Assembly: GCA_965206595.1 (NCBI GenBank)
Contig: OZ242214.1
Location: 1,120,001-1,184,000, forward strand
Origin: Candidatus Latescibacterota bacterium
GTDB taxonomy: Bacteria; Latescibacterota; UBA2968; UBA8231
Direction: 5' to 3'
DNA: 64,000 nt
Below are positions 1 to 8,970 of this stretch, one piece after another (positions within the stretch are counted from its first letter, which is position 1; each line of letters opens with the position of its first letter). The position numbers were made by a program, and so were the translations under genes. The notes below the pieces were generated by a model. That model ran no database searches, was not told the origin of the DNA, and saw only the letters and a program-made list of their open reading frames with translations.

Positions 1-24
1 GTTCCGCGGGTGGACTGGCTGAAG

Positions 25-675
25 ATGCGGGTTGACGATCCGGCTGCGGTATCGGCCCCGCGGCAGTCGGAACGAGCGGCCACCGCGAAGAACGGGAAAG
101 GCAGGGAAGGGAGAGAAACGGGAGACGGGCAGGAGCGCATTGCGATCGGCTACGTGGTGCGTCCGAAAGGAGTTCTCGGCGAGGCCGCTGTCGAGCCCCT
201 GACGGAAGATGTCGATCGCTTCGACGACGTCGAAGAGGTCATCTTGGAACGTTCCGGACAGCCTCCGAAGCGGCTGCGAATTGCCGGATGGCGGCTCGAT
301 GGGCGTGGAATCCTGGTAAAGTTCACCGGCATCGACAGCCCCGAGACGGTAGCCGAAGAAGTCGCCAAGGGGTATCTGACCATCCCGCGCGACGAGGTTC
401 CGGAGCCGCCGGAGGGAACCATCTACGTGTTCGATCTCGTCGGCTGTCGTGTCGAAGACGAAGGCGGCAACGGGCTGGGGGAGGTGGTGGACGTCCAGGA
501 AATGCCCTCCGCCGACTTGCTGGTGGTCCGCAATGGCCAGCGTGAAATCCTGATTCCCCTGGTGGGTGAATTCGTCCTCCAAGTGCTGCTGGCGGAACAT
601 CGCGTTGTGGTAACCGGCGTCGAGGAGTTGGTGCCACTCGGGGCGCTGGTCAGAACCGGGCGCGACATAAAATGA
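25..675 (+). CDS. rimM: 16S rRNA processing protein RimM (start uncertain; GTG at 10 also possible)
   Basis: IAIGYVVRPKGVLGE N-domain; YVFDLVGCRV..G..LGEVVDV..D.LVV..EILIP PRC-barrel; directly upstream of trmD-rplS. Confidence 0.93.
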   Translation: MRVDDPAAVSAPRQSERAATAKNGKGREGRETGDGQERIAIGYVVRPKGVLGEAAVEPLTEDVDRFDDVEEVILERSGQPPKRLRIAGWRLDGRGILVKFTGIDSPETVAEEVAKGYLTIPRDEVPEPPEGTIYVFDLVGCRVEDEGGNGLGEVVDVQEMPSADLLVVRNGQREILIPLVGEFVLQVLLAEHRVVVTGVEELVPLGALVRTGRDIK

Positions 676-1445
676 GGATCGACGTCGTAACGATTTTCCC
701 CGAGTTCTTCAGGACGCCCCTGGAGACGAGCATACTGCAGCGGGCGGTCGCAGCGGGGCATGCGGAGATTTGCGTGCACGACCTGCGGGAATACGCCACC
801 GACCGCCACAGGACGGTCGATGATTCTCCCTTCGGCGGGGGCGGCGGCATGGTGATGAAACCGGAGCCCGTCGCCGCGGCGTGGGAGGCCCTCGACCTGG
901 CGCGCGGTCACTGTGTCTACCTCACCGCTGACGGCGAGTCGTTGAATCAACCGCTGGCGGAGCAACTTTCGCTGGAAAAGCAGCTCGTGCTCCTGTGCGG
1001 CCACTACAAGGGTATCGACGAGAGAGCGCGGCGGTTCGTCGATCGGGAAGTGTCGATCGGAGACTACGTTCTCACCGGCGGAGAACCGGCTGCCCTGGTG
1101 TTGATCGACGCCGTCGTGCGCTTGATCCCGGGGGTGCTCGGAAACTTCACGTCCGCCCTCTCCGACTCGTTCCACGACGGGCTTCTCGACTGCCCCTGGT
1201 ACACCCGGCCGGCCGAGTTTCACGACGTCGGGGTTCCCCCCGTGCTGCTGAGCGGCAATCACGAAAAGGTCGTGGAATGGCGGCGCCGGCAGTCCCTGAG
1301 GCGCACTTTCGACCGCCGTCCCGAAATTCTCGCCAGGGCCGAGCTGGACCCGGAGGAACGGAGGTTGGTCGACGAGTGGCGGCGGGAGGAATCGCGCGAT
1401 CCGACTCCTGCCGCGTTACCTTGGCAGAAGCGGATCCACAAATGA
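672..1445 (+). CDS. trmD: tRNA (guanine37-N1)-methyltransferase
   Basis: MRIDVVTIFPE, VDDSPFGGGGGMVMK, LLCGHYKGIDER, SIGDYVLTGGE, LLSGNH motifs; ATGA overlap with rimM. Confidence 0.98.
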   Translation: MRIDVVTIFPEFFRTPLETSILQRAVAAGHAEICVHDLREYATDRHRTVDDSPFGGGGGMVMKPEPVAAAWEALDLARGHCVYLTADGESLNQPLAEQLSLEKQLVLLCGHYKGIDERARRFVDREVSIGDYVLTGGEPAALVLIDAVVRLIPGVLGNFTSALSDSFHDGLLDCPWYTRPAEFHDVGVPPVLLSGNHEKVVEWRRRQSLRRTFDRRPEILARAELDPEERRLVDEWRREESRDPTPAALPWQKRIHK

Positions 1446-1491
1446 ATCTGCAGCCCGTTTGGTTTAAATCGAAAGGAGTAGCAGGATCGTC

Positions 1492-1839
1492 ATGGACATG
1501 AACATGTTGCGCGAAATCACTGCATCACAGTTGAGGACGGATATTCCCGACTTCGGTCCCGGAGACACCCTCCGGGTTCATGTGCGCGTGATCGAGGGGG
1601 AGAAGGAGCGTACCCAGGTTTTCGAGGGAGACGTCATTCAGCGTCGCGGCGGAGGAGTCAACGAGACCTTCACGGTGCGCAAGGTAACTCAGGGCGTCGC
1701 CGTGGAACGGATCTTTCCGCTGCATTCTCCGAGGATCGCGAGGATCGAACCGATCCGCAGGGGCAAGGTCAGGCGAGCCCGCCTGTTCTATCTTCGCGCC
1801 CGCAAAGGTCGTTCCGCACGGATCAAGGAAAAGAGGTAG
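1492..1839 (+). CDS. rplS: 50S ribosomal protein L19
   Basis: [51 protein letters not shown]. Confidence 0.99.
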   Translation: MDMNMLREITASQLRTDIPDFGPGDTLRVHVRVIEGEKERTQVFEGDVIQRRGGGVNETFTVRKVTQGVAVERIFPLHSPRIARIEPIRRGKVRRARLFYLRARKGRSARIKEKR

Positions 1840-1846
1840 CACACCC

Positions 1847-2083
1847 GTGGCTCGGCGCGACCTGCCGTTTACGAACCGGAACTGGATCATCCTCGGCGGC
1901 GGGGTGGCCGTCATCGCCGCCGGCTATGGACTGCTGAGCATTCCGCCAGCGGACGGGTTCCTCTCCCTGACGATGGCCCCCATCCTGCTGGTTCTCGGCT
2001 ACTGCGTCGTCATCCCCTGGGCCATCCTGTACAAGGACTCCGAAGCGAGGGAGTCTCCGGGCAGGGACCGGGAGGCCGGCTGA
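1847..2083 (+). CDS. Small two-TM membrane protein, DUF3098-like
   Basis: LPFTNRNWIILGGGVAVIAAGY...LSLTMAPILLVLGYCVVIPWAIL pattern resembles DUF3098. Confidence 0.7.
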   Translation: MARRDLPFTNRNWIILGGGVAVIAAGYGLLSIPPADGFLSLTMAPILLVLGYCVVIPWAILYKDSEARESPGRDREAG

Positions 2084-2097
2084 ACCAGGACACCCGG

Positions 2098-2952
2098 ATG
2101 AAAGAAGCGGCAGCAATCCCGCCCGAATCGCGCATCCAGGACCACGATCCCGGCCTTTTCACCGAAAAGCGGGTAGCCGAAATCGCGGACGACATCTGCG
2201 ATTTAGGCGATGAAGCTATCCGGTTCTTCGAGACAAACGGGTACCTCGCGGTGGCGCGCGCATTCCCCGAAGAGATGACCGTTGCCGCCCGCTCCGCCAT
2301 CGACGACCTGATCGAGGGGCGCCGCTCCGACTTTCGCGGCTTGCAGTTCGAGGCCGGCCTGGGGGACAAGAAGAAGCTGAGCCGGGAGCAGCGCCATCTC
2401 GGCGTCCGCAAGTTGATGAGCTTCGTCGCCTACGACCGGCGCCTGCAGAACTTGGCCGAGTACCCTCCGATTCTCGACGTTGTGAGCAGACTGTTGGGTG
2501 GCGAGCCGAAGCGGTTCCAGGAAATGGCCCTGCTGAAGCCGCCGCAAATCGGGCGGGAAAAACCGTGGCACCAGGACTGTGCCTACTTCAACCTTCCCCT
2601 CGGGACGCCGGTTGTCGGGGTCTGGATCGCCCTCGATGAGGCGACCATCGCCAACGGGGCTCTGCGCGTCGTTCCCGGATCCCACCGGGAGGGACCGGTA
2701 AACCACTTCAAGCGCCGCGACTGGCAGATATGCGATTCCGAGGTGGCGGTCGGGCGCGACGTCGTCGTGCCCCTGAAACCCGGGGGCGTTCTCTTCTGGC
2801 ACGGCATGACCCACCACGGCAGTCCCAGGAATCGATCCGGCCTGAGGCGAAGGGCGTTGCAACTGCATTTCAGGCCGCGCGGTGTCGCCGAGACCACCAC
2901 CGAAGACCGGATGACCCTCTTCGGTGGCGACGTCCGCGGCGCCACCTGCTGA
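2098..2952 (+). CDS. Phytanoyl-CoA dioxygenase (PhyH) family Fe(II)/2-oxoglutarate dioxygenase
   Basis: KPWHQD (HxD), NGALRVVPGSH, distal His in HGMTHHGS..N.S...RR. Confidence 0.9.
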   Translation: MKEAAAIPPESRIQDHDPGLFTEKRVAEIADDICDLGDEAIRFFETNGYLAVARAFPEEMTVAARSAIDDLIEGRRSDFRGLQFEAGLGDKKKLSREQRHLGVRKLMSFVAYDRRLQNLAEYPPILDVVSRLLGGEPKRFQEMALLKPPQIGREKPWHQDCAYFNLPLGTPVVGVWIALDEATIANGALRVVPGSHREGPVNHFKRRDWQICDSEVAVGRDVVVPLKPGGVLFWHGMTHHGSPRNRSGLRRRALQLHFRPRGVAETTTEDRMTLFGGDVRGATC

Positions 2953-3020
2953 CCGGACAAAGCGATGCAGAGCCGCTTCCGGCGGCAGGTTTCAGGTCTT
3001 TCCAGGAAGGCCCTGAGATT

Positions 3021-4079
<1,059 letters not shown>

Positions 4080-4136
4080 TTAGGTTCAAAACCTGCATCG
4101 TCGCAGTTGAACTCTCGAACGCGAAGGAGGGAAATC

Positions 4137-4364
4137 GTGGCCAGGGAAGTATCGATTCAGTACTGCACTTCCTGAGGGTATCTAAAAACAGCCGTCAGTT
4201 TGGCGGAAGATATTCTCGAAGATCGGAAAATGGACCTGTCCCAGCTGGTGATCCTGCCGTCGGACGGCGGCCGTTTCGAGGTGACGGTCGACGGCGTGCT
4301 GGTATTCTCCAAGCTCGCCGAGAACCGCTTCCCGGAGCACGACGAGATCAAGGCGCACTTGTAA
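4137..4364 (+). CDS. SelT/SelW/SelH (Rdx) family selenoprotein, 75 aa, in-frame UGA at 4173-4175 read as Sec
   Basis: AAGGAGG RBS then GTG; translation MAREVSIQYCTS-U-GYLKTAVSLAEDILEDRKMDLSQLVILPSDGGRFEVTVDGVLVFSKLAENRFPEHDEIKAHL; YCxxU, GGRFEVxVDG and FSK....RFP are Rdx hallmarks. Confidence 0.92.
4174..4217 (+). promoter_or_regulatory. Putative bacterial SECIS element
   Basis: Lower stem GAGGGUAUCU (4174-83)/AGAUAUUCUC (4208-17); upper stem CCGUCA (4192-97)/UGGCGG (4201-06); G-leading apical loop GUU about 23 nt after the UGA. Confidence 0.7.
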
Positions 4365-4402
4365 GGAGGCCGGGCGACCGGCGCGGCGGAACCACGCCGG
4401 CG

Positions 4403-5869
4403 CTACAGCAGGCCGAGCTGACTGTCCCCCGTCTCTGCTTCTACGGCGAGCTTGGCGAAGGGGTGGCATCCCCCGATGCAGAAGGTGCACAGGTTCGTCT
4501 CCGGAATACCGGCCTGACGGAAGGCCGCCAGCATGCTTTCCGGTGACAGGTAGACCACCGGCATCCCCATCTTGTCGCTGATCTGCTCCCGGGTTCGCCC
4601 CCTGGCGATGAACTCCTCTCCCTTGGGTGGGTCGGGCGGCATGTCGACCCCGAACATGCAACCCCGGCCGACGTCGTCCTCTCCCATAATCCCGATGGGC
4701 GGGGTGTAGCTTACGAGATACGCCTTTTTCACCCCCAGGTCCCTGTAGAGGAGCTGGCGGGCGCGAATCGAGTTGTTGCCCCGTATTATGCTGTCGTCGA
4801 TCATGACGACCGTCTTTCCCTGCAGCTGCGGCTTGAGGCCGGGGAGCAGGTGAAGGTTGTCGTCGATCGACTTCCTGCGGTCGTCCGCGGTCGAACCCTG
4901 GAAAGAGCGTTCCCCCCGCATCTTGTAGAAAACGTGCCGGAACGGCAGCCCGACCTTCTTGGCGTAGCTGCGCGCCGCGACCTCGGGGCATCTGGGCAGG
5001 AAGGTGACGATGTCGGCATCCTCGGGATGGAACTCCTCGGCCAGCATTTCCCCGAGGGACTCGCGGATCTTGCGGGCGCTGACGTGGTTGATGATCGAGT
5101 CGACGTCTACGATGTAGTTCCACTCGAAGAAACAGTAGGCCGGGCTCGATTCGACGAGGGTTTCCTTGCTGTAGTCCCCTTCGGGTGTCAGGTAGTAGGC
5201 CGAGCCCGGCTCGAGGTCTTCTATGTATTCCCCGCCGTTCTTGCGAAAGGCGATGTCCTCGGAGGCGACGCCGTACTTGCCGTCCTTCCATCCAAGCACC
5301 CCGGGCTTGATGCCGGTGCGATCCCTCATGACGAGCACGTCCCGCTTGCGCCAGTCCGCCAGCGCCATGGTGTAAGCCCCCGGGACCTCTTTCAGCATGC
5401 TTTGCTCGCCATCGCGGCGGTATATATACAGCAGGGCTTCCGTGTCGCACTGCGATTTCATTGCCGCCAGGTCTACTTCCGAGAAAAAGCGCTCTTCGAC
5501 CTGGCCGTTGTGTACGGCGACGATCTCACAGCCCCGTATCAACAGATGAGTCCCGCGATCTTCGGCGAAACCGCCGAGGGTGTGGGGATGCGCGTCTTTG
5601 AGGATCTCGTCCTTGCGCCCGCTGGTGGCGTAGCGAATGTGGGCCATGTAGGTGTGGTAGCGCGGGCTGGGAAAGATCTTGTGCAGATCGGTGACGTCGA
5701 AACGATCGACCGGCCCTTCCCACTTGATGACATCGATGCTGGATTCGCCGACCGCGGCGATGCCCGCGGCCTCACGGCCCCGGTGCTGGAGGGAGCGAAT
5801 GAAAGAGTAGGCGTCGTGGAGGGTGTGGGCGACGCAGAAACCGCAGTTGTGGCGAACGTTGTCGGACAT
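4403..5869 (-). CDS. purF: Amidophosphoribosyltransferase (PurF-like, divergent)
   Basis: Short propeptide then CG (Ntn nucleophile), LQHRGREAAG, HIRYATSG, HNG, RDRTGIKP, ASE, CFFE, DDSIIRG, C-terminal CxxC. Confidence 0.8.
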   Translation of the reverse strand: MSDNVRHNCGFCVAHTLHDAYSFIRSLQHRGREAAGIAAVGESSIDVIKWEGPVDRFDVTDLHKIFPSPRYHTYMAHIRYATSGRKDEILKDAHPHTLGGFAEDRGTHLLIRGCEIVAVHNGQVEERFFSEVDLAAMKSQCDTEALLYIYRRDGEQSMLKEVPGAYTMALADWRKRDVLVMRDRTGIKPGVLGWKDGKYGVASEDIAFRKNGGEYIEDLEPGSAYYLTPEGDYSKETLVESSPAYCFFEWNYIVDVDSIINHVSARKIRESLGEMLAEEFHPEDADIVTFLPRCPEVAARSYAKKVGLPFRHVFYKMRGERSFQGSTADDRRKSIDDNLHLLPGLKPQLQGKTVVMIDDSIIRGNNSIRARQLLYRDLGVKKAYLVSYTPPIGIMGEDDVGRGCMFGVDMPPDPPKGEEFIARGRTREQISDKMGMPVVYLSPESMLAAFRQAGIPETNLCTFCIGGCHPFAKLAVEAETGDSQLGLL

Positions 5870-5929
5870 GTCAGGGTAGGGGCTGAATATAACGCCTGCC
5901 AGAGCCGCGGGATAGGCCGAGGGGAGGCC

Positions 5930-5970
5930 AAAAAAAAGAGAGCGGCCGCATCGATGATGCAGCCGCTCTC
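5930..5970 (-). terminator. Rho-independent terminator after amtB-glnK
   Basis: Minus strand GAGAGCGGCTGCATC-ATC-GATGCGGCCGCTCTC (15-bp stem, one G-U) followed by T8. Confidence 0.9.
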
Positions 5971-5992
5971 ATTATTCGCAGGCCGATTTCTG

Positions 5993-6331
5993 CTACACTG
6001 CCGATTCGCCGGTCTCCCCGGTGCGTATCCGCACAACCTCGTCAACCGACAAGACGAAAATCTTGCCGTCGCCGATGTTGCCGGTATTCGCCGCTTCCTT
6101 GACGGCGTCGATCGCCTGCGAGGCGGTGCCGTCGCCGACGACCACCTCGATCTCGAGCTTTGGCGTGAAGTCGATATGGTATTCGGCGCCTCGATAGACT
6201 TCCTGGTGACCTTTCTGCCGCCCGAAGCCCTTTACTTCACTGACCGTCATGCCGACCACCCCAAGGGAGCTCAGGGCTTCCTTGACGTTGTCCAGGGCGT
6301 TCGGCCGGACGATGCATTTCAACAGTTTCAT
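5993..6331 (-). CDS. glnK: P-II nitrogen regulatory protein
   Basis: GMTVSEVKGFGRQKG..EVYRGAEY T-loop, TGNIGDGKIFV, IRTGETG; adjacent to amtB. Confidence 0.96.
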   Translation of the reverse strand: MKLLKCIVRPNALDNVKEALSSLGVVGMTVSEVKGFGRQKGHQEVYRGAEYHIDFTPKLEIEVVVGDGTASQAIDAVKEAANTGNIGDGKIFVLSVDEVVRIRTGETGESAV

Positions 6332-6448
6332 CTTTTGTGCCTTCCTTCCTGCGTCGCTTGTGGAATTGGGAATGTGCGGCGCCCCGTTGGTGCTATCCGT
6401 GGTGACGGCCGGAGGGTAACTCGGCCACGCGAGCGCCCCCCGCCGGGA

Positions 6449-7816
6449 TCAGTCCGAGTAATATCCCTGCTCGTGGTGAAGCGAGATATCGAGTCCGCGA
6501 TCCTCGTCCTCGTCGGAAACGCGCAGTCCCACGATGGCGTCCACGATCTTGAGGATGATGAAAGACAGCACCGCGCAGTAGACGATAGTGAACACGACGC
6601 CGAGGATCTGCGCGCCGAGCTGACCACCCACCGAGTCCTTCGCGAGCCCCATGCCTCCGAGGCTCTCCGTGGCGAAGACGCCGGTCAGAAGTGCGCCGAC
6701 GATACCCCCTACCGCGTGCACGCCGAAGGCATCGAGCGAATCGTCGTAACCCAGCGACTGCTTGAGACTCGTCGCCGCCCAGAAGCAGATGAGTCCGGAA
6801 GCCAGCCCGATTGCGATGGCGCCCATCGGGCCGACGCTGCCGGAGGCAGGGGTGATCGCCACCAGACCGGCGACCGCTCCGGTGGCCATGCCCAGCACGC
6901 TGGCTTTGCCGTGTTTGATCCACTCGGCGATCATCCAGCCGAGGGCGGCCGAAGCGGTGGCCACCTGCGTCACCAGCATCGCCATGCCCGCGGCGCCGTC
7001 CGCGGCCACCGCGCTACCCGCGTTGAAGCCGAACCAGCCGACCCACAGCATCGAGGCGCCGACGACGGTCAGCACCGTACTGTGGGGCGGGATCACCTTG
7101 TCGGGGTATCCCTTGCGCTTGCCGATCACGAGGGCGACGACGAGGGCCGCTACGCCGGCGTTGATGTGAACGACCGTGCCCCCGGCGAAATCGAGTACCC
7201 CGCGGTCGCCGAAGAAGGAGCCGGGGCCGCTCCACGCCATGTGGCAGACCGGCGCGTACACGACCGTCGACCAGATCGCCATGAACAGCAGGGTCGCCGT
7301 GAACTTCATGCGCTCCGCGAAGGCGCCGACGATCAGGGCCGGGGTGATGATGGCGAAGGTCATCTGAAAGGTGACGAAAACCGTCTCCGGGATCGTGCCG
7401 GACATCGAGTCGGCGCCAACCCCGGACAGGAATGCCTTGGACAGGCCGCCGGCGAACGAGGCGAAGTTGGTCACCCCTGCTTCCATGCCGGTGGTGTCGA
7501 AGGCGATGCTGTAGCCCCACAGGACCCAGATGATCGAAATCAGGCCGGTGATGGCGAAGCACTGCATCAGGACGGACAGCACGTTCTTGGTGCGCACCAG
7601 CCCGCCGTAGAAAAGTGACAACCCCGGGATGGTCATGAACAGGACCAGCACCGTAGACGTCAGCATCCACGCAGTGTCGCCGGAGTCGAGCTCGTCCGCG
7701 CTGGCTGCCCCCGGCAGCACCAGAAGCAAGGCCAAGGCGGCGAAAACGAGGAACCCCCGGTTTGGCAACCGGCGGGTACTCCCGCGGTACACCTGTACGG
7801 CGCGAGGCGATTCCAT
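6449..7816 (-). CDS. amtB: Ammonium transporter
   Basis: DSGDTAWML, FYGGLVRTKN, FQMTFAIIT, LDFAGGTVVHINAG, WFGFNAGS, DDSLDAFGVH (twin His); ATG at 7816 with GGAGGGAG upstream; N-terminal signal-like peptide. Confidence 0.96.
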   Translation of the reverse strand: MESPRAVQVYRGSTRRLPNRGFLVFAALALLLVLPGAASADELDSGDTAWMLTSTVLVLFMTIPGLSLFYGGLVRTKNVLSVLMQCFAITGLISIIWVLWGYSIAFDTTGMEAGVTNFASFAGGLSKAFLSGVGADSMSGTIPETVFVTFQMTFAIITPALIVGAFAERMKFTATLLFMAIWSTVVYAPVCHMAWSGPGSFFGDRGVLDFAGGTVVHINAGVAALVVALVIGKRKGYPDKVIPPHSTVLTVVGASMLWVGWFGFNAGSAVAADGAAGMAMLVTQVATASAALGWMIAEWIKHGKASVLGMATGAVAGLVAITPASGSVGPMGAIAIGLASGLICFWAATSLKQSLGYDDSLDAFGVHAVGGIVGALLTGVFATESLGGMGLAKDSVGGQLGAQILGVVFTIVYCAVLSFIILKIVDAIVGLRVSDEDEDRGLDISLHHEQGYYSD

Positions 7817-7906
7817 ATCTCCCTCCCTTGTGATATGGTTGATCATGAACGGACTCCCGGTCTCAAGGCTGCAGACCGGCAAACCAAAGGCATACTCCGG
7901 GGTCGG

Positions 7907-8761
7907 TCAACTTGGTTCGGCCGACCGATCGGCCCATTTGTAGGCCGCTCTGGCGTTCTCCGACCAGTACTTGGCCGCGGTGTTTTCCCCCTTGCTTTCG
8001 AAATACCGGCGCACCAGGCCGATCACGGTTCCGTAGTCCCCTCCGACGTCGGATACGGGCCAGTTGCTGCCGAAAATCAGGCGGTTCTCTCCGAACGTCT
8101 CCCAGAGCAGGTCGAGAGTCGGCTCGTAGTATGCGAGCTCGGTGGGCGCCGGTTTGACCGCGGCAAGCTCCACCAGTCCGGAGACTTTCATGTACAACTG
8201 CTGAAACACCCCTGCCCGCTGCATGCACTCCGCCCAGTGCGAGTCTGGGGCGTTGCCGTCGATCGGCACGCTGGCCAAGTGGTTGATGACGATGCGCAGA
8301 TCCGGCATTCGTTCCGCCAGGGAGCAGAGGCCCTCGAAGTTGTCGGTGTTCATCAGCACGTCGAGCTCCAGGTCGCGGGCGGCCAGCAGCTCCATGTCGG
8401 CCAGGAAGCTGCCGGTTTCGATCTTCTCGAAAGAGCCGCCGCCGACCCTGATACCCCGGAACAGGGGGTTGGCGGCGAAGCGGTCGATGTCGGCTGCGAA
8501 CCCGTCCCGGTCGGGGGCGACGTGTCCCACCAGGCCGACGATCCAGGGATCGGAGGCAGCCAGATCGAGCACCCACTGGTTGTCCTCCAGCCAGGCGCTG
8601 GCCTCGACGACGACGGTTCCGGTCACCCCCTCGGGAACGGCGAGCTCGCGGTGGTGCTCCGGTAGCACTGTGCGGTAGAGGAGGTCCTCGTCGGCCCCCG
8701 GCCAGGGCACTCCCTGCGGGCGGGCAGGGTCGTAGAAGTGGGTGTGGGTATCGATGATCAT
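7907..8761 (-). CDS. Amidohydrolase_2 family protein (sugar-lactonase-like)
   Basis: MIIDTHTH (HxH), INHL, YMKVSGL, RLIFGSNWPV; AAGGAG RBS before ATG 8761. Confidence 0.85.
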   Translation of the reverse strand: MIIDTHTHFYDPARPQGVPWPGADEDLLYRTVLPEHHRELAVPEGVTGTVVVEASAWLEDNQWVLDLAASDPWIVGLVGHVAPDRDGFAADIDRFAANPLFRGIRVGGGSFEKIETGSFLADMELLAARDLELDVLMNTDNFEGLCSLAERMPDLRIVINHLASVPIDGNAPDSHWAECMQRAGVFQQLYMKVSGLVELAAVKPAPTELAYYEPTLDLLWETFGENRLIFGSNWPVSDVGGDYGTVIGLVRRYFESKGENTAAKYWSENARAAYKWADRSAEPS

Positions 8762-8970
8762 CGTGCGGCTCCTTGATTCGAGGGTTGGGCATGGGTTGCC
8801 GGCGGAGCTCCGCGATGCCGATGTACGTCCCGGAAACAGTTGCAACAAACCGGCCCCCGGGAACCCCGCCACGCAAGGGCCTGAGCGAGTCTAACGAAGG
8901 TATCCGGCGAGGGACGGCAACCCCAGCCTGCCCGGGAAGGGTGTGCTTCTACAGGTAATCCACCGCCGGC

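Noticed and set aside
4850-7618. 922-aa plus-strand ORF
   Set aside because: Antisense shadow of purF, glnK and amtB in high-GC DNA; no recognisable motifs
4403-7816. amtB-glnK-purF as one nitrogen-regulated operon
   Set aside because: A strong terminator at 5930-5970 separates glnK from purF
7868-7888. Possible sigma54 promoter upstream of amtB (TGGTTTGCCGGTCTGCA)
   Set aside because: GG-to-GC spacing is 11 nt rather than the required 10
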